DNA from: Eledone cirrhosa
Lineage: Eukaryota
DNA: 64,000 bases
Reading direction: 5' to 3'
Assembly (NCBI GenBank): GCA_964016885.1
Contig: OZ024763.1
Location: 26,226,001-26,290,000 of the forward strand
In this document: one piece after another, positions 58,206 through 64,000 of the stretch
Layout of the letters: each line of letters opens with the position of its first letter
Position numbering within the stretch: the stretch's first letter is position 1
The notes under the pieces: generated by a model
Databases searched by the model: none
The model's input: the letters and a program-made list of their open reading frames with translations, nothing else
Told to the model about the DNA's origin: nothing
Translations under genes and position numbers: made by a program

Positions 58206-58358
58206 AGGTGGTGTGGACTGGAGTAGGAGGGTGGGTGTAGGGGTGTTATTGATGAGGATGATGATGAGCACCTGTACATTTCATCATTATTTCCATGCCA
58301 TTCGTTATAATACAATATATTTAATTAACCTAATTAATAACGTGTGTGTTTGTTACAG

Positions 58359-58475
58359 GTGAGCCATTGGTATGATTTAGTAGTGTTCACCGCTAGTATG
58401 GAGATTTACGGAGCAGCGGTTGCAGATAAATTAGATAATAACCGAGGAATTCTAAAGAAACGGTATTATAGACAG
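58359..58475 (+). CDS. CTDNEP1: CTDNEP1 coding exon 5 (117 nt)
   Basis: cag|[39 protein letters not shown]|gtaagt. Confidence 0.97.
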
Positions 58476-59082
58476 GTAAGTGATACCTTAGTTAACAGGT
58501 TTCTTTTTTTTGTTATTAACCCTTTCGTTACCATATTTCTAATGGATATTTTCCAAAACTTTTGAAAATAATCAAGAATTTAGTGGGATTTAGTAACATA
58601 AGTGTTTTTTCATTAAGTGGTGAGGGGGTGGTTATGATGATGATGGTAGTGGTAGTGGCGGTGAGAGTGGAGTGATTATGATGACGATGGTGGTGGTGGT
58701 GGCGTCAGCGGTTATCTTCATGGTAATGATGATGATGATGATGATAGTGGAAGTCATCATCGATTAACGTCCATCTGCCACGCTAGCATGAGTTAGACGG
58801 GTCCTATTTTGAGGCAAGTTGTGTCGGGTGACCCTGTCTCACTCAAATAAGGGTGTTTCTGGCAGGTTTTCCACAGCTGGGTGCCCTTCCTAACGCCAAC
58901 CACATTTACAGTGTGGGCTGGGTGCTTTTTGCCATGTCTTTTACACGTCCACTTTACAGCGTGGAAATAGTAATGATTAATTATGATTGACCCATTGATG
59001 ATGATTGACCCATTGATGATGATTGATCCATTAATGATTGATTGATTAATTAAATAATTAATTGTATCTTCTTATATTCCAG

Positions 59083-59194
59083 CATTGCAATTTTGACTTT
59101 GGGAGTTACACAAAAGATTTGGCAGCAATCAGTAACGACCTCTCCAGTATATTCATCTTGGATAATTCACCTGTAGCCTATAAATCTTACCCAG
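59083..59194 (+). CDS. CTDNEP1: CTDNEP1 coding exon 6 (112 nt)
   Basis: cag|[37 protein letters not shown]+G|gtaaca. Confidence 0.96.
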
Positions 59195-59263
59195 GTAACA
59201 CACACATTTATATATATACACCCTCTTACCTGTAGTGTATAAATCTTACCCAGGTAACATATA

Positions 59264-60164
59264 CAGGGTGCGGACGATATCTGTTTGCAATTTTCAACTG
59301 CTAATTTTATACAAATTTTTTTTACTTCTGTTGTCAATCTTGTCTTCATAAAAACAGTGACTCTATTTCCATTATTTATTTTCAGAATAATTGATTATGA
59401 ATAATTTTGAACCTCCAAATTTCCAAATTTGTGGAAGAGACATGGAGTTCTTCTTGGAATCCGCGCCGGGCGGACAAATAAGACCAGAAGATCAACTCCC
59501 AGAACAACAGGTGGCTCGCTGTCTCATCCAAAGACGTGCCCAGAGTCATGCAGACAAAGTTTCCAGCGACAACATTGGTCTTAGGTGTCGTCAGCAGTCA
59601 AGGTGACGTCATGCCACCTCACTTCTTCCCTGAGCACCTCAAGCTAACAACCGATGGCTACATCCACATTCTGAGCGAGGTAGTAAAGCCCTGGATCGAC
59701 CAGGTAGTTGTAGGTAGGCCGTACGTGTGGGCAGCAAGACTCAGCGCCCTGCCATACCAGCCGAAAGATCCAAGCCTGGCTGTCAGAGAACTTCGTCGAC
59801 CACACTTCACCGGACATCTGGCCTCCCAGCTCGCCTGACTGCAACCCCCTCGACTTCTTTGTGTGGGGCGCAGTGGAACGAGACACCAACAGATCTAGCT
59901 GCAATACGAAAGATGATCTGAAGGCCAGGATCACAAGTGCCTTTAGGGGCCTAAGTCGGGGGACAGTGACGAAGGCCTGTAGCCGGATCCGGGGCCACCT
60001 TGAGGCTGTCATCAAAGCCAATGGCGGGTTTATCGAGTGAGATCGAAAGAACAAGTCATGAACACAAACTGACCCAAGTTTGATAAATAAATCTTAAAAA
60101 ATAAAACTACTGTGTTATTTTTTCCTAGACAGTAATCTTGCGAACAAATATCGTCCACACCCTA
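59264..60164 (+). mobile_element. Internally deleted Tc1/mariner-superfamily DD37D (maT) transposon
   Basis: ~27-bp TIRs CAGGGTGCGGACGATATCTGTTTGCAA / TTGCGAACAAATATCGTCCACACCCTA and a TA TSD. Frameshifted transposase QDSAPCH...WPPSSPDCNPLD has 37 residues between the last two Asp. Confidence 0.92.
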
Positions 60165-60180
60165 TAAATCTTACCCAGGT

Positions 60181-60233
<53 letters not shown>

Positions 60234-60364
60234 ATATTTGAGGAGGGTCATATTGTAATAATATTGCCAGAAATAATAATAAATTACCTGTAGCATATAA
60301 ATCTTACCCAGGTATCAAATATATATATATTCTCTCTCCTGTAACATATAATTGTTTCCCAGGA

Positions 60365-60428
<64 letters not shown>

Positions 60429-60719
60429 CCGAATTACCCATGCCTTGCTGCGTTTCACACATTTTGTTTGTAAGAAAATGATGATTGATTTTAAATCAGT
60501 GATATAATTTATGGAGAAAAAATAAAGGGAAAATGTTAAAAAATTAACTAATAATTTTTGTTGTCATAATTCTAGTGATGTTTTGCCATAGTAAAAATGT
60601 CTCAACTAGCCAAATTTTACTATAAAAGAGAGGTGCCTTTTTTGTTGATTTACGTATAATTCGTATATCACTGAATACCTCTTCCATCTTCATTCAAGGG
60701 AATAAAGCTTTAGTTTTTT

Positions 60720-61460
60720 CCTGGGGTATCAGCCCTTATAGGATCTCAGGATCTTTCATATGTATGGCATAGGCCCATAACTCCTGAGGAGTTGTAGGGG
60801 CACCATATCGACATACATCATTTCTAGGGCATTTTTTAAACCTGGCAGAACCCATCTCCTCTCCAAGCCTGCATACAGCATATTTCTTCCAGAGAAAGAT
60901 AGAAAGAGTGAGTGAGAATGGAAGTGAGAAAGAGATATAGAGGAAGAATCAACCCCAGTATTTGACTGGTACTTTTTTTTATCAACCATTAACCCTTTAG
61001 CATTTAAACCAGCCATATCCGGCCAGAATTCTCTCACCCCTTTCTGTTCAAAACAGCCATAACTGGCCACTCATACTGATGTTAAGGTATTGTTCTCAAA
61101 ATAAATAATATCAAGATCTTGTAGATTCCATATTATGTGAGATAATTATGTAAGATAAAGCCTTTACTACAAAAATGCAATAGTATCACGCTAGCTTGGG
61201 TTTAGATGGGAATTGTCCTTCTTGAGGCAAGATTGGTCAGGTGACCATGTCTCGCTCGTATAGGACTGTCTGGCAGGTTTTCTACGGCTAGATGCCCTTC
61301 CTAACACCAACCACGTTTATATAGAGTAATGTAAATGCTAAAGGGTTAATGTATGAAAAACAAAGTTGACCTCCGCAGGATTTGAACTCAGAGAGCTGAA
61401 ATGAATGTTACAAAGCATTCTATCTGACGTTCTTACGACTGACATTTTACTGCCTATTTT
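60720..61460 (-). mobile_element. Triple nest: SINE family 2 > TTAA MITE (60993-61345) > RTE-tail SINE fragment (61187-61318)
   Basis: TTAA TSD on both sides of the MITE; the SINE core resumes after 61349. Confidence 0.78.
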
Positions 61461-61590
61461 CATCTCCCATCTTCACTTCAGGGAGTAGGCCTTTAGTTTT
61501 TTGTTTTATAAACATTCTTTTGTGTGATTTTGTAGAAATAATATTTAGAATATAACTTTAAACAATTTTTCTTTTTCTCTATTCTTCCAG

Positions 61591-61733
61591 ATAATGCAAT
61601 TCCGATTGATTCCTGGTTTTGTGACGCCCGAGACACAGCGCTCCTGTGTCTTTTACCGATGTTGGATGCACTCCGCTTCACAAATGATGTTCGTTCTGTG
61701 CTTAGTCGTAACCTTCATCTTCAGCGTCCATAA
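61591..61733 (+). CDS. CTDNEP1: CTDNEP1 last coding exon to TAA stop
   Basis: cag|(D)[46 protein letters not shown]. Confidence 0.97.
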
Positions 61734-61927
61734 CATCACCGGCTTGGCAACCGTATAAACACATATGTATTTATATTCAAATATATATATATACATATAT
61801 ATATATGTATATGTATATGTATAAACATATATATCTTTATATATGTATATGTTTTACATATGTATATGTATAAACATATATATCTTCATATATGTATATG
61901 TTTTACATATATATATGTTTAGATATA

Positions 61928-61967
<40 letters not shown>

Positions 61968-62117
61968 CATAAACATATTTATATAAACATATATATATAT
62001 ATATATATATAAACATAGTTATATATATATATATATATAAACATAGTTTTATATATATATATATATATATATAAACATAGTTTTATATATATATATATAT
62101 ATATATAAACATAGTTA

Positions 62118-62176
<59 letters not shown>

Positions 62177-62179
62177 ATA

Positions 62180-62216
<37 letters not shown>

Positions 62217-62219
62217 ATA

Positions 62220-62260
<41 letters not shown>

Positions 62261-62265
62261 ATAGT

Positions 62266-62296
<31 letters not shown>

Positions 62297-62300
62297 ATAG

Positions 62301-62356
<56 letters not shown>

Positions 62357-64000
62357 ATAGTTATATATGTATATATATATATATATATATAAACATAGTT
62401 ATATATATATATATATGTATGTATATATATATGTTTGTATACATATAAATATATGGCTCAACAACAATAACAACAACACACCATCACTTGTTCACTTAAT
62501 TCCTACGGGTTTGCCTGATGCTGTCTCTCTCACTCTCTATCAAACACAAACGCACACACACTCTCTCTCACATACACTCTTTGTCTCTCTCACACACACA
62601 CACTCACTCACTCTCTCATACAAACACACTTTATCTCTCTCTCTCTCACCCTCACACACTCTTTCTTTCAATCTCTCTCTACCACTCTATCTCACTCATC
62701 CCCACTCTCTCTCTCTCTCTCTCTCTCACTCACTCACTCTGTCTTACTCTTTCTCTCACTCCTTGGCACCAGTCATCGTCTTTGTTAGTGTTGTTTGACA
62801 CTACAACAGTACTACTACTACTACTACCACATAAACACCACCACTATTATTGCTGCTACTACTACTACAACACCTACTACTTCTACCATCACAACTATTA
62901 CTACTACTACTACCATCACTACTACATTTACTAGTACCACAGCCACCACTACTGTCACACTTACTACTACTACTATTACTACTACTACCACAACACCTAC
63001 TACTACTATCACAACTACTACTACCACCATCACTACTACATTTACTACTACTACAGCCACCATCACTACCATCATCACTACCACAACACCTACTACTACC
63101 ACCATCACAACACCTACTACTACTACTAGGTGGCAGTAGAAGTTGTAGTGTCAAAACAGCTCAAAGGCCTCATTATTACAATCAACCAATCAACCAACCA
63201 ACCAATCAACCAACCAACCAATCAACCAACCAACCAACCAACCAACCATATTTTCATGTTTGCCTATCGTCGGAACATCAACATCAGAACACATCGGAAC
63301 AACTAAAAAAAAAAAAACAGAACCTTGTTTAATTTTTTTTTTTTGTGTGTGTGTGTTTTTATTTTAATTATTATTATTATTATTATTTTATTTTTATTTT
63401 ATTTTTTTTTTGGGGCGGGGAGAAGAAATGTCCCCCTCCTTTCACCCCCACCTCTCTCTCTCTTTCTCTCTCTCTATCTCGTCCCCTGCCCCCCACCCCA
63501 CTAAAAGACACAACAATATTAACTCTGAGGAAGACTTAATGTTTCCTTCCCTTCTTGAGTAAAAAAAAAAACAATGATAATAATAAAATGAAATTTAAAA
63601 AGAAAAAAAAATTTTTTTTTTAAATTTGCAAAAAAAAAAAAAAAAAATGACAACCAGATATTTAACACTCACACACACACACACACACTCACTCTCACAC
63701 TCACGTACTCACTCTCACACTCATAGATACACACATGCATTCACTCTCACATTCTCACACTCACACGCACGCACTCTCACACTCACGTACTCACTCACAT
63801 ACCCTTACACTCACAGATACACATATGCACTCACTCACACACATTCTCACACTCACATACTCACACATACACACACTCATACTCTCTCTCACACTCTCTC
63901 ACATATTCACTCACACTCTCACACATACTCATTCACACACATGCACTCACTCACGCACTCTCACACACTCACTCACACACATGCACTCACTCACACTCTC

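Noticed and set aside
63582-63587. AATAAA as the CTDNEP1 poly(A) signal
   Set aside because: It is plausible but lies in A-rich low-complexity sequence and cannot be supported without transcript data.

Overview
Repeat-saturated animal genomic DNA. The SINE, RTE and (TA)n content suggests a coleoid cephalopod such as an octopus, but that is inference. The only host gene is a + strand CTDNEP1/Dullard phosphatase, with six coding exons at 16340-16406, 50085-50203, 56710-56781, 58359-58475, 59083-59194 and 61591-61733 (stop). Its first coding exon was not found and probably lies upstream of the window. The introns (one is about 33.7 kb) contain RTE-clade LINEs with a PHD-type finger inserted just after the RT core, two Penelope-like (Naiad-type, RT + GIY-YIG) elements, a DD37D/maT transposon, TTAA-flanked and hAT-like MITEs, tRNA-derived SINEs, several minisatellites and kilobase (TA)n tracts. 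The most notable observations are four. (1) The exon-2 splice acceptor is tandemly amplified into 9 upstream decoys, and the exon-6 donor into 4 downstream copies. (2) There are at least six hammerhead-ribozyme-like motifs, one with an unusually long stem II and two in the sense strand of the host pre-mRNA. (3) Tiny fold-back Penelope-type termini sit in (TA)n with a fixed inversion start point. (4) Several minisatellites were seeded from SINE/LINE sub-segments. Nearly all long ORFs in the supplied track are microsatellite artefacts. All coordinates were read by eye.
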